In this document: in pieces, positions 62,675 to 62,992 of the stretch
Numbering within the stretch: position 1 is the stretch's first letter
How the letters are laid out: every line of letters begins with the position of its first letter
Origin: Salpingoeca rosetta
Lineage: Eukaryota; Protista; Choanoflagellata
Assembly: GCA_033442325.1 (NCBI GenBank)
Contig: JAWQFM010000018.1
Coordinates: forward strand, 1,285,580-1,348,571
Length of the DNA stretch: 62,992 bases
Direction of reading: 5' to 3'
Notes under the pieces: model-generated
Database searches by the model: none
Told to the model about the DNA's origin: nothing
Seen by the model: the letters and a program-made list of their open reading frames with translations, nothing else
Program-made: the position numbers and the translations under genes

Positions 62675-62947
62675 TCACATGAGGACACAGCAACCACCGC
62701 CCTCCTTGTTCTGAGCATCGGCTGCTGCACGATGCTCGTCAAAGCGCTGCATGAGTAAGCGTGCAGGGCCAGCACGAACACCCATTTCCTGCAGCTTGAC
62801 AGCGTTCACATCCCCAGCATCCACAAGCACGGTCAGCATATCAAAGTCTGCCGCGCCCACTTGGTGGAGAGCGCCCTGCACATGTGGCAGCAGCTTGTTG
62901 GCCGACAGCCACTCCTCAAACTCCGCGTCAAACGCGATGCCAGCTTC
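62675..62947 (-). CDS. Terminal exon of a gene entering from the right: SAM-like helical domain ending in a CaaX box
   Basis: Acceptor cag at 62948-62950; EAGIAFDAEFEEWLSANKL...KLQEMGVRAGPARLLMQRF...GGGCCVLM*. Confidence 0.75.
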   Translation of the reverse strand, partial: EAGIAFDAEFEEWLSANKLLPHVQGALHQVGAADFDMLTVLVDAGDVNAVKLQEMGVRAGPARLLMQRFDEHRAAADAQNKEGGGCCVLM

Positions 62948-62992
62948 CTGCTTGTTGTGCGTGCATGCGTGTTTGCGTGCAAGAGGAAAGAG

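Overview
This is intron-rich eukaryotic DNA with (CA)n/(GT)n microsatellites in nearly every intron and four assembly gaps. Gene content (UNC-45, IFT74, BRK1, classical PTP, C-type lectin) and sequence style suggest a choanoflagellate, probably Salpingoeca rosetta (inference). Most ORFs in the supplied track are microsatellite artefacts, so genes were rebuilt by eye from GT-AG exons. In order: 3' part of UNC-45 (+); a Q/P-rich hypothetical (-); VPS50/syndetin (-) head-to-head with BRK1 (+); a secreted tandem C-type lectin (-); a secreted PAN + BNR sialidase-like protein (-); an apparently truncated IFT74 (+); an RPA34/PAF49-like Pol I subunit (-); two tRNA-Val(AAC); DDX1 (+); a PTP with a Tyr-motif tail (-); TMEM135 (+); tRNA-Val(CAC); an intronless 7-repeat beta-propeller protein (+); a decayed LRR-TIR gene (-); a ~10 kb gene desert; and the last exon of a SAM-like CaaX protein (-). 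The most notable signal is at 61404-61735: two tandem tRNA-Ser(GCT) 3' portions, each interrupted in the T-loop (position 59/60) by a 53-56 nt insert whose junctions form an archaeal-type bulge-helix-bulge/loop motif, and each lacking the 5' acceptor/D-arm. These are candidates for non-canonical-intron or split tRNAs in a holozoan.
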